Below are positions 37,201-49,655 of a DNA stretch of 64,000 nucleotides, piece after piece. Numbering within the stretch: position 1 is the first letter of the stretch; every line of letters starts with the position of its first letter. The notes under the pieces were generated by a model that was not told the DNA's origin, ran no database searches, and worked only from the letters and a program-made list of their open reading frames with translations. Origin of the DNA: Callorhinchus milii (lineage: Eukaryota); assembly GCF_018977255.1 (NCBI RefSeq), contig NW_024704743.1, forward strand, positions 61,878,001 through 61,942,000, read 5' to 3'. Made by a program: the position numbers and the translations under genes.

Positions 37201-40200
37201 GTCTTCGAGATGTCTCAAAGCGCTTCACAGAATATACTGTAAAGTGAACTGACTACATATTTTGTGGGCATATATTTTTAGATGTTACATTTCTAGGCTT
37301 ATGCAGTCCCACCATTTTGGGTCTCATCAGCTAATCTGGTGACATCAGCTAAGGCGTTGGGGCGAAGCCACACATGAGTAAACTTGTCTGTGATGTCTAA
37401 GAGTTTAAAAAAAATAAAAATCATTTTCATCTAATGGGACGGAGGGAATGAAGGATAAACCACAGACCTAAATCACAAGAGTAGAGAGCACGGGCAAGAG
37501 AATAGGGCTGACCCCCTTTCAGGATTAGGGAGGATAAGATCATGAAGGATTTGGATCTTGCTGCTGATCAGCTGGAGAACTGGAAATTAGTGGAACCATG
37601 CTAAGGATGGGTTAATAGGATTATAGAGCCTGGTGAGGATGGGGGTAATGGGGCTATGAAACCTGGTGAGAACAGAAGAATAGGTGTACAGAGCTTGGTG
37701 AGAAATGGGGGCAATATGCAGCTTGTGAGGATCGTTGTAATTAATGTATTGAACTTCACAAGGATGGAAGTAATGGGGTAATGAGTGTCAGGAACCACGT
37801 GAGGCCGGGAGGATGGAGGGTATAATGAGTCTTGTGCAGGACAGAACATAATCTTACCTCTCCAACAGTGGCTCCAACCAGCCAGGGACACACTCACAGT
37901 GGCAATCCAGAAATGTAAGCACATCTCCAGTGGCAAAAGTAGCACCAATCAAACGGGCACGTACCAATCCTTCCCTCTTATTTGTTCGAATCAGACGCAC
38001 TCTCTGAAGGTTGCTGATGTACGCTTCCAGTTGTGCCTTCAGGTAAACTACAACATTGAGTAATGGAGGCAATTACAAAACATGCATGCAAATAATGTAA
38101 CAATAAAAATCTGTCTGTTAGACATAAAGTAAAATCTTGACAAAAACAAGGAAGCAGATGTAAAAAAAAGTGCACCCGATATTACTGAAGAGGTTGTGTC
38201 GGCCTCAGTAATAAGGCAGGCGGGTGATAAATGACAACATCAGAAAAGTCTATCACCTGTAGCTTCTGTTTTAAAACCAGTTTGGTAAGAACCTCCAAGG
38301 AGGTGATTATGTCCCTCCCATCCCAGAGGGCACTGCTTAAGTCAACCCATGAACCCCAGTCACCCCTGCCCCCAGTCACCTCCCCCCAGTCACCGCCCCC
38401 CCCCAGTCACCCTGCCCCACCAGTCACCCTTGCCCCCCAGTCACCCTGCCCCCAGTCACCCTGCCCCCCAGTCACCTGCCCTGCCCCCAGTCACCCTCCC
38501 CCCCAGTCACCCTGCCCCCCAGTCACCCTCCCCCCAGTCACCCTCCCCCCCCCAGTCACCCTGCCCCCAGTCACCCTCCCCCCAGTCACCCTGCCCCCCA
38601 GTCACCCTGCCCCCCAGTCACCCTGCCCCCAGTCACCTCTGCCCCCCCAGTCACCCCCAGTCACCCTGCCCCCCCAGTCACCCTGCCCCCCCAGTCACCC
38701 TGCCCCCAGTCACCCTCCCCCCCAGTCCACCCTGCCCCCCAGTCACCCTGCCCCCCCCAGTTCACCCTGCCCCCCAGTCACCCTGCCCCCCAGTCACCCT
38801 GCCCCCCCCAGTCACCCTGCCCACCCCAGTCACCCTGCCCCCCCAGTCACCCTGCCCCCCAGTCACCTTGCCCCCCCAGTCACCCTGCCCCCCAGTCACC
38901 CTGCCCCCCAGTCACCTTGCCCCCCAGTCACCCTCGCACCTGCCCCCAGTCACCCTCCCCCCCAGTCACCCTCCCCCCAGTCACCCTGCCCCCCCAGTCC
39001 ACCCTCCCCCCCCCAGTCACCCTGCCCCCGTCCCCTCCCCCAGTCACCCTGCCCCCCAGTCACCCTGCCCCCCAGTCACCCCCCCCCCAGTCACCCTCCC
39101 CCCCCCCCCCCCCCCCCACCCTGCCCCCCCCCCCCCCCCTCACCCTCCCCCCCAGTCACCCTGCCCCCCAGTCACCCTGCCCCCCCAGTCACCCTGCCCA
39201 CCCCAGTCACCCTGCCCCCCAGTCACCCTGCCCCCCAGTCACCTTGCCCCCCAGTCACCCTGCCCCCCAGTCCCCTGCCCCCCGCCCCCCCCCAGTCACC
39301 CTCCCCCCCAGTCACCCTCCCCCCAGTCACCCTCCCCCCCCCCCCCCCCAGTCACCCTGCCCCCCATCACCCCCCCCAGTCACCCTGCCCCCAGTCACCC
39401 TGCCCCCCAGTCACCCTGCCCCCCAGTCACCCTGCCCCCAGTCACCCCCCCCAGTCACCCTGCCCCCCAGTCACCCTCCCCCCCAGTCACCCTGCCCCCA
39501 GTCCCCCCCCCCCCCCCCCCCCCAGTCACCCTGCCCCCCAGTCACCCTGCCCCCCCCCCCCCCCAGTCACCCTGCCCACCCCAGTCACCCTGCCCCCCAG
39601 TCACCCTGCCCCCAGTCACCCTGCCCCCCAGTCACCCTGCCCCCCAGTCACCCTGCCCCCCAGATGTGCAGCAGCTGCTTGTCAATGCGGACCCTCACCA
39701 GGCAACTTCTGTTGACTTACTGTCAGCTCTCACTCTGCTGCTGAGACTTACAGCCCCGCACAATGGGGGCCACACTTTGCACGGACACCCCCAGCCCCAA
39801 CACCCAATACCCAACACCCGCACTGGGGCTCACACACTGGGTCTGTGTGAGAGAGAGAGACTGTGTCTGTGTGTGTGTGACTGTGTGTGTGAGAGAGACT
39901 GTGTCTTTGTGTGTGTGACTGTGTCTGGGAGACTATGTTTGTGTGTGAGAGACTGTGTTTGTATGTGTGTGTGTGAGAGAGAGAAACTGTGTGTGAGAGA
40001 GACTGTCTGTGTATGTATCTGTGAGAGACTGTGTTTGTGTGTGTATCTGTGTGTGTGAGAGAGACTGTGTCTGCGTGTGTCTGTGTGTGTGAGAGAGACT
40101 GTCTGTGCCTGTGTGTGAGAGACTGTGTCTGTGTGTGTGTCTGTGTGTATGAGAGACTGTGCTTGTGTGTGTATCTGTGTGTGTGAGAGAGAGAGACTGT

Positions 40201-43200
40201 GTCTGTGTGTGTGTCTGTGTGTATGAGAGACTGTGCTTGTGTGTGTATCTGTGTGTGTGTGAGAGACTGTGTCTGTGTGTGTGTCTGTGTGTATGAGAGA
40301 CTGTGCTTGTGTGTGTATCTGTGTGTGTGTGAGAGACTGTGTCTGTGTGTGTGTCTGTGTGTATGAGAGACTGTGCTTGTGTGTGTATCTGTGTGTGTGA
40401 GAGAGAGAGACTGTGTCTGTGTGTGTGAGAGAGAGAGACTGTGTGCGTGTGTGTGAGAGAGACTGTGTCTGTGTGTGTGTCTGTGTGTGTGTGAGAGAGA
40501 CTGTCCGTGCGTGTGTGAGAGAAACTGTGTTGGTGTGTGTGAGAAATAGACTGTGAGAGACTGTGTGTGTGTGAGAGAAACTGTGTCGGTGTGTGTGAGA
40601 GATAGACTGTGTGAGAGACTGTTTGTGTGTGTGAGAGAGACTGCCTGTGTGCGTATCTGTGTGAGAGAGAGACTGTGTGTGTGTGAGACTGTGTCTGTGC
40701 GTGTGTGTGAGAGAGACTGTGTCGGTGTGTGTGAGAGATAGACTGTGTGAGAGACTGTGTTTGTGTGTGAGAGAGAGAGAGACTGTGTCTGTGTCTGTGT
40801 GAGAGAGAGACTGTGTGTGTGTGAGACTGTGTCTGTGCGTGTGTGTGAGAGAGACTGTGTCGGTGTGTGTGAGAGATAGACTGTGTGAGAGACTGTGTTT
40901 GTGTGTGTGAGAGAGACTGCCTGTGTGCGTATCTGTGTGAGAGAGAGACTGTGTGTGTGTATCTGTGTGTGTGTGAGAGAGACTGTGTCGGTGTGTGTAT
41001 CTGTGTCTGTGTGTGTGAGAGAGAGAGAGACTGTGTCTGTGTCTGTGTGTGAGAGAGAGCAGGAGGCGCAGTTGGTTGGGTGTTGACAGTTACATGCTAA
41101 CAATGTGAAAGGCATTTTTCTCTGGTAAAGTGCAGCAGACTGAGGAGAACAGCGGGGGGTGAGGCGGAAGAAACTGCAACGGAATAAAGAAGTTAGTTTT
41201 TCAGTAAAACCTGGGGGTCTTGAATGACTATCAGAGGCTGACGAGAATGTGACTGACTAACTAGTGAAGTGAGTCCAGACACCCCAGGGTGTGTAACAGC
41301 AGACTTGTCAAAGCATTCCACTCTTTATCTGGGGTGTGTTACTCCTGATTGAAGTTTGTTCAGTTTAAAGTGATTCGAAGATGGTATATTGTCATTTCCA
41401 CCGTCTTCTCATTTGGTTCCTGAAACCAATTACTGCTGTAGGAAATTACAGAAGCCCATTTGACCCACCACCCAGCTCCTTTCAAATATTCACATACATT
41501 ATATAATATCTTGGACTTCACTCACCCACTCTTAAACAAAATACAGTATAACAACCGGCTCTGTTGTTGTTCTGCAGGTTCCCCTGCATAATTTAGATTT
41601 ATAATTTAATCCCACAATCATCCTTTGCTGCTTTTCTCTGAACCATTTGCGATGCTTTAACATTCTTTTGAGGGCAAGATGCCTCAAACTGCACACAATT
41701 ATTCCCAAAGTGGCCTCACCAGTGGCAATACAGGTATTTAAATATGTTTTTCCCTTTCTCAGAAGCCCGCAAGAATTGTGTCAGCAGTGACTTGAGCACT
41801 GTTTCACGGGAACATTTAACAAGTGTTACAAAGATAGTCCTGCAAGACATTGTTCACGTCACTGTACAACTGGAACATCAAAGAGGAGGAAAGAACACGA
41901 TATGTGACAAATCTGATAGATCTGTAGTGAGGAATGACTTAAAGGATCGAAAAAGCAGCATTTTGCAACAAGATTCATTAATAGTGAGAATTAATATCAG
42001 AATTGATAATGGGGAATCCTACCTCAGCACCTTGGGATGTCCTCCCGACGTGAAAGGCGCTCTATAAATGTAATCTTGTTGTTGTTGTATGTCCTAAAAG
42101 AAATCTATCTAATTTGCTTTTGAAAGAATCAACACGTTCTACTTCCACTGTCTCCCTTGGGAGCTTGTTCCATACATAAGATAAAATTAAAGAAGGTTTT
42201 TTTTCTAGGCACACTCTTAATCCTTATAGAGCCAGGCAAACTACATTTAGGGCTCGCTCATCCTCCTGGGTTGCCAATAATAATTCATTAGTTTATGCTG
42301 CGGTTATGAATTTGTTTGTTTAATTGATGGACTGCGGCTGAAATTTACACCAGTCATTTTGTGTCACCTCGTCAAAGGTGAGCAATGTTTGGCCTTCAAC
42401 TAAGGTAAGTAAGAAACAATATGAATCCTCCTCCCTTTTTGCCATTGCTTTAACCCATCAGTTCATTATCTGCCTCCTCCTGCCCAACCCAACTTTACAT
42501 TTTGCATGAGCGCATACTTCTCATTCTTGTATGTTGCTTAAGAGCCACAATTTTATATTCTGTGCATTTTTGCATCAAATTGCTGCTCTGTAATGCAGTA
42601 TAAATCTGGGTTTGGGAGCACAATTCAACCAAGAGCATTCCACAAGAGCCTTGCTGCAATGGGGAGGAGGTTTCAGCATTACTGTGAGTCACACCACAGC
42701 AATAAAAATGCAACTGTGATAACCAAGTCTGGTTTTACTCTCCAAAGACTCTTTGAAAGCTCTTATTGGCCCATAGTTCTGATTTTACAAGAACAGCTCT
42801 TTAATAGCAATAAAGCAAAACAGTCCCCGACCAATACAAGAGAGAGCGGGAGATATAAATCAGACTTCGTACTCCACATCATTGTATTGAAGGAAGCCTT
42901 TACACTTTGCTTCCAACAGTATAAACAAGGCATTTGTTTCCTAAAGTAGCAGCTGAGATTTTGCTCTTGTCTAGAGCTACTTTCAAAATTAATCACAGCT
43001 TGCGATTAGCATCTGAGAACAAAAACTCTGCTGATTTTGTTTTGGCCAGTGGACAACTTGTATCAGAGAAATCAAGTACTGAGCCAAGAGGAGGAAGGGA
43101 AATCAAAGAGAAGGAGAGGAGACCAACCGCCTCCTTGAGCCCTCCTCTCTAAGGCCACTTCCTCGTTTTAACACAAATACATCTGATTACTTGGTGTTTG

Positions 43201-45748
43201 TCCTGAACTTCACAAATAGGATGGAGAAACTCCACTGCTTGTACAGGAACTTGTAACCATGAAGAACTATTTTGACATACATCTTATTCTCCACAAGCTT
43301 AGCCTGCTTTGGGATTTTACCATTATTGAAGAGAGAAGAGAATGACCAGAGTGCTTTTCGTCCCTTCTCAATATGGTCCTAAAGGACAATGTCCCTCTTG
43401 AGTTGTGATGGACACCATTAGCTGACAAAAACAAAACATGAACAACAAAAATGAAATTTGAGTTGTCGATTGAGCCCCCCAACTGTACCTATGATTGTGT
43501 TTCAATTTCTGTTTTACATAATTTCTATTTAATTTGAATCATTTTGCATTTGTAATATTCAGTTATAAGTTTCCTTACTCCACACAGAGCCTAATAATAA
43601 TCCCTCCAAAAACAAAAACAATAATAAATTGTTCATTTTCAATCTACGACTGTTTGTGGGACATTGCTGTGCGCAATTGGCTGCCGCTTTCGCCCACAAA
43701 TATACTGTCAATTCACTTTACAGTGTGTTCTGTGAAGCGCTTTGGGACGTCCTCCCGACGTGAAAAGCGCTATATCAAATGCAAGGATTATTATTATATT
43801 ATATTATTATTGTATATGTGTGTTTTCTTTGATTGTCACTAAATTTGCCTATGTCTAGATTTTATCTTTCCATGGTTGATACTAAATAATTTTTTTACAT
43901 TTCAGATTCATGTATTTCTTGACAGTGCTAATTGATAGGACAAGAAGGTAAGATAAAACATAGCTTTTGCAATGAGATGAGACAGACTCTTGCGAGATAT
44001 AGCACACCATCAATGGGGGTTTGTTTTACATGTTAAAATCTTGTCTTTGTTACTGAAATATAATTCCAATAACTTTATTTCCTCATTTATTTAAAATATT
44101 GATGCAACCAACAATTTAAAACGTGTTGTCTGTTGTGAATTAAGGTCGGTCAAATCCTCAGCTATTCTCCCACGCTACAGTAATTTGCCAAAGGTATTCA
44201 TGTGAACAGACTCTGGGAGGGCAAAACATTTTCTTTTCATAGAATCTTACAGCGCTATATTAAATGCAAGGATTATTATTATTACTATTATTTTTAATAG
44301 TAATAATAATTAATAATAATTTAATAATATTAAATTTTTAACTCTCTGTGAGGGGTCATAAGTCTGAAATTGTTAGTCATCTACCCTCATCTAAGAGTGA
44401 ATCTGTGCATCCATATTCTAGATTTTTGACCATATGAAATACATTATTAGATTCCATTAGGCTCCAGTTCATCGCTACACTTTAGAATTATGAATGTTTC
44501 AATACGGTCTCCCCTGAAAACCTATTGAAACGGTCTCCTTGTAAATCAGGTACCTAAATTCCAACAATTGTACAGGTGGCTAATTCTAGCAATTATATGG
44601 GCCTCTAATTTTTTATTCTGTATCTCATTGGCACAAATTTGGGTTTATAATTCTGCAGAATTGTTTTTTTAATTCCTAATTTGCTTTTTAAAAAATGCTT
44701 AATATTATTTAATTTCACAGGTGTGGCCTTGCTTTCTAATCATCAGAATGGAACTATATAACATTGCTGCCTTTGGGACTCAGCTGAAGAATGAGAGGGT
44801 TTTGATTGACAGAAGTTCTTTTCGGATTTCCCCACGAAATTTCCAAGATATAATTATTTTCTAATGGGGCCAAGTACTCATAAAACAGGTTCTGGTTGTG
44901 CAATTTAAAAGTTTTGATCTTACTTTTGTCCATGGAAAAGGGAACAATCTGACAATAAGGTGTGGCTTCTTCTGAAATTATATCTAGAGATTATAGGATC
45001 ACTCTGTGTAAGTTTGTGTCCATGAATAAAACATCTCCCCATTAAGTTGTAAATTCTCTTCTTGCACACCCATATACAGGGTAACCAAAATGTTGTGATA
45101 CATTACAATGTCTAATAAGTCTTAAAGAAATTATGATTTTTTTGTTAGATAATTGGATAGCTGAAAAATAAGACTTTTTGATCACCCTGTATATATAATA
45201 GTAATCCTTGCATTTGATATAGTGCTTTATCACATCTTCCAGATGTCTCAAAGCGCTTCACAGAATATGCTGTAAAGTGAATTGACTGTATATTTTGTGG
45301 GTGAAACGCGGCAGCCAATTGTGTCCCACAAACAGTCGTGGATTGAAGTGACCAATTCATTATTATTTTTTTTTTGAAGGAATTATTAACCCCGGAAAAA
45401 TTATCCACCAATCGACCAGGTTCCTACTTACTGCTAGGTAAATATATATATTTATATATAGATATATAATACAACACAAAATTACATTATGTTGGGAGAG
45501 GGTCTCAAGGTGCTGGGTTATGTTATTTTTGTTAACCATTTTCAGTAAGTCTCAAGATCGTACCTTGGACAATAGAGATAATAAAGTTCCAGGATAATAA
45601 AAAAACTGTCTGTCAATCATTGTTTTTACTGTTCAAATTGGTTATTAGCTGATGGTTACTTTATCCACTTCAGATAATGTTTTCTTGCTGAGGTGGTATT
45701 TTGCCTGGAATAGAATTTTGCTTCTTATATCATGGAAAACGACTTGTT
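34274..45748. repeat. Copy 2 of the ~12 kb block (likely false duplication)
   Basis: Differs from copy 1 mainly by homopolymer indels, a few substitutions and the minisatellite region. Confidence 0.95.
34496..38047 (-). CDS. GALNT4: Second copy of GALNT4 exons 3-7: 37858-38047, 35904-36089, 35637-35754, 35332-35508, 34496-34627
   Basis: Same translations and splice sites as copy 1; probably the same locus assembled twice. Confidence 0.7.
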
Positions 45749-46369
45749 AGAGTTAGCATATTCTTCTTTAAATGTGTCATTATAATGATCTACAATTTGA
45801 AATTTTGCACAATAAATGAAGCTGCGAGGATTGTGACATTTACTTTATTTATACTTTGCTTCTTATTAATGAAGTTTCCCTAACACAAAATGAAAGTTAG
45901 GACATATTGTCACAAGGATGTTTTGTTCAGCCAAGACTGGTTCTGCTGAGGATCAAACTTTCCAAGCATTCATTCACTTAAAATAGTAATGGCATTTAAT
46001 TATTTTAATAGCTTTCCTCACTGATATACATCATTATATTAGCTGCACATTGTTTGATTTTCATTTATCCCCTAAAGGTAAAAGGCAGTACCAAATGTTT
46101 ACTCTACTGGCTTTGCTTTAACCTAGTAATTGTTTGGCACAACAGGAACCATTGATAATTCATTCCTGTCCCTTGAAGCAACAATTGTGTTGCACAACAA
46201 CATCCTGGAAAAGAGGGCAGATCCTCCCATTTCTATTATCATTTCCTCAATAGTAAATATTTAACACTGCACCTTTACTGATTCTATTTTTTAACCATTG
46301 CTGCATACTGACACGTCACTGCAAACACATCTAATAGTTTGATTATCATATTGCCATGCACAACTACTT

Positions 46370-47129
46370 CTGAACCAGTTCTGGATGAGAGCTAACTTTC
46401 TCCACAAAACCAAATGTCAAAAAGACCGAGACCCTCCTGCTTGGCTCCCATCAGTGCCTCTACACCTTGGGCCCTGACAGCATCACCATCCATGGATGCA
46501 CTGTATACCTCACTGACCCAGTACAGAACCTTGCCGTCTTGTTTGACTCTCAATTGTCGTTCAAACCCCACATCCTTGCCATGACCCGTTCTGCTTTCCC
46601 CCACCACTGCAACATTGCCTGGCTCTCCCCTCAGGCCACGAGACCCTCATCCACACATTCATCACATTCCATGCTTGATTAGGCTAACTCCCTGCTTGTC
46701 GATCTTCCCTACTCTTCCCTCCATAAACTGCAGATTATTCAAAACTTGGCAGCTCATGTCCACTCACACACGAGGCTCTGTGACCCTATCATCCTTGCCC
46801 GGCTCCACTGGCTCCCCATTCCCCAGAGGATAGGGTTAATAATCCTTGTCCTCCCTTTCAAAGTCATCCACAGCGTTGCTCCTCCCTACCTCTGTGATCT
46901 GCTAACTCCATGCTGATCATATCCGTTCCCTCCGCTCAGCGGGCTCTGGTCTGGCCCATGTCCCCCACCATCAGCAGTTGAGCCTTCAGCCTCTCTGCCC
47001 CCATTCTTTTGAACACCACCCCACAGTTCCCTTCACCTCCCCCTCCCTTGACTCCTTCAAGCCCCATCTCAAGACTTTCCTCTTCTACTCTGACTTCGGT
47101 CACCCTCCTACCCCTACCCTCCAGATCCC
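46370..47129 (+). mobile_element. Older L2 fragment whose tail resumes at about 48000-48070
   Basis: PDSITIHGCTVYLTDPVQNLAVLFDSQLSFKPHILAMTRSAF; many frameshifts. Confidence 0.8.
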
Positions 47130-47993
47130 TCCTGATCAGCATCCAAGGCTGCACTCTCCACCTCTCAAAGCCAGTCTGGAACCTCGGGGTTCTGTTCGAC
47201 CCTGAGCTGTCCTTTCTCCCCCATATCCGCGCCACAACTGGCACCGCCTTCCATCACCTCCGGAATGTCGCCAGACTACGGCACTACCTCACCCCTCACG
47301 CTGCTGAAACTCTGGTCCACGCCTTTATCACCTCAAGGCTGGACTATGGGAACTCTCTCCTCGCCGGCCTTCCCGCCACCTCCCTCCACAAGCTGCAGGT
47401 CATTCAGAACTCTGCAGCTCGTGTACTGTCCCGCACCAGGCTTCGGGACCACATCACTCCCACCCTCGCTCGCCTCCACTGGCTCCCCATCCCCCAGAGG
47501 ATCCAATTCAAGATCCTCATCCTCACCTACAAGGCCATTCACGGCCTTGCTCCCTCCTACCTCTCTGACCTACTATCCCCCTACTTACCCGCCCGTACCC
47601 TCCGTTCCTCTGGCTCCGGTCTGCTCCACATCCCCCGCCCCAACCGCCCTACTATCGGTGGCCGGGCCTTCAGCCTCTCAGCCCCGAGGCTCTGGAACTC
47701 TATCCCCCAGTGCCTTCACCGCCTCCTCCCTTTCCTCCTTCAAGGCCGGTCTCAAGACCTTTCTCTTTGACCGAGCCTTCAGCTCCCGTCTCGACTCTCT
47801 AACCCCTCCTCGCTCCCTCCCTTCCCTCCCCTCACCCTGACCATTTCCCCCCTCCTCGCTCCCTCCCTTCCCTCCCCTCACCCTGACCATGTTCCCCCTG
47901 CTCGGGTCCTGACCCAACCGTACAGCGCCTTGGGACGTCCTCCCGACGAGAAAGGCGCTCAATAAATGGAATCTTGTTGTTGTTGTTGTTGTT
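47130..47993 (+). mobile_element. Young 5'-truncated L2 LINE with intact ORF2 C-terminus, 3' UTR and (TTG)n tail
   Basis: About 195 uninterrupted codons (NLGVLFDPELSF...SRLDYGNSLLAG...LHWLPIPQRIQFK...PRLWNSIP); candidate TSD GATCCC at 47124-47129 and 47994-47999. Confidence 0.92.
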
Positions 47994-48108
47994 GATCCCA
48001 ATCTCCAGTTTGGTCATAACCCTGACTGTCTAGCACTTTGGAACTGATGTGAACGGCGCTATACAAAGTTTGTTGAAATGCATGTTAATTTAACAATTGA
48101 TACAAGCA

Positions 48109-48358
48109 AAAACAGAAGCACCTGGGAACATTCAGCAGGTCAGGCAGCATCTATGGAGAAAGGAAAATGAATCAATGTTTCTGGTCCATGACCCTTCGTC
48201 AGAACTGACAAAGTTTTCAGAACTGTTATTGTTTTCTAGCATCTGCAGTATTTTGCCTCACTTTCCTTTCTCCATAGATGCTGCCTGACCTGCTGAGTGT
48301 TCCTCGCCACTTCTGGTTTTGTTTTCAGATTTCTAGCATCTGCAGTATTTTGCAATTT
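48109..48358. mobile_element. Penelope-like inverted-repeat element with 13-bp TSD and hammerhead-like core
   Basis: ATTGATACAAGCA at 48096-48108 and 48359-48371; perfect 35-bp inverted repeat 48132-48166 / 48262-48296; CTGACGA...GAAAC on the minus strand at 48177-48202. Confidence 0.75.
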
Positions 48359-49439
48359 ATTGATACAAGCAGTTGGAATGAAAATAGCATTTGTAAAGGT
48401 TACACAATGCTGTATTTCCTTTAGAAATATTTAGAAATGTAACATTTAAAGAATTGTTTTTAACCATCAGTGCACTTCATTTTAAAAAAANGTTAAAAGA
48501 ATTCTGTAGGTGTACAGTGCAACGTATTCATATAATAAATTGCAAGCGTGTGTAGTCAAATTTTAAACTGAGTCATATGCAGTTGGAGGGCCTAGCACAA
48601 GTAGCGAGCACAAGCCTGGCATACAGTGAGGGAGGTCATGGACATTATCAGTGACAAGGATCAAGGAAGTCTTCCCTCGCCACCACCTCCCCATAAGTTT
48701 ATTCAGCTGATCAACACACCTTATTGTCTCTTTTTCCTCGATTTCTTTCTATTACAACTAAATGCTTATTATGCATGATGTTATCTCATCTGATGGAAAA
48801 CCTTTTGATTTCGTACTCTTGGCATTTTTGAGAGAAGTTAAATGAGCAGAACATTGTGAGGGAACAGAATGAACTCACAGCTCAATGTTGAAGCAGCTGT
48901 GAAACAATAACCATTGTTTCCACTCATGTTTAATTTATCTTCCTGGCTGGGGTTCACTAACTTTTCTCACGGTAGTCATTAGCATTTTTTAAAAAAAATG
49001 AAAATTCAGCAAAATGAACTCAGAGACGTTGAATTTATTTTTTCATATAAGGGAAGTGGTGTTGGTGACACTTACTGGTTACATTGTTCATTACAGCTGC
49101 GTTACTGACATTTAAATCGAACATTGTGGGAGTTTGGTGTCAGTCTTGCTGTGAGAGCTACCCTGTTAGTTTTACTTTTCTGAAATAAAACATTGTAACA
49201 CTGTAAATGTTGCCATCTTGCACACAGCAATTCAGGGTTAGACCTTAAAGAGGTGGACAATTAAAATAATTATTTTTTAATGAAAAAAAGGAAAGAGTGT
49301 CAGATTTCATCCAAGGTGCCTCCTTACCAGGTTAACACCAATTTCAATTTTTCAGAATAATATGGTACATTTATAATTTTGTATGCTCTGGACATTCGTG
49401 TGAATGTTCTGTGAACCGTTTTGTTTTCCACCATTTCAG

Positions 49440-49655
49440 TGAAAAATCATGGAATTCTCTCCCCTAAAAGGCTGTGGATACTGGATCCATCCACACCTTC
49501 AAGAGTGAGGTAGATAGATTTTTAGTAGGTCAGGGTATTAAGGGATACGGGGAGAAAGCGGGAAATTGGAATTGAAAGGATTAGTTGAGGTACAGATCTA
49601 ATTAAATGGCGGAACAGGCTCGAAGGTCTGAAGGGCCTCCTCCTGTTCCTATGTT
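49440..49655 (+). mobile_element. CR1 LINE 3' end
   Basis: WNSLP...FKSEVDRFL-like ending, then 3' UTR ggaacaggctcgaagg...ggcctcctcctgttcctatg. Confidence 0.75.

Noticed and set aside
38182..38379. Possible GALNT4 exon 2 (VIDFSD resembles VDDFSD)
   Set aside because: Lacks [13 protein letters not shown] and a matching splice donor; chance resemblance.
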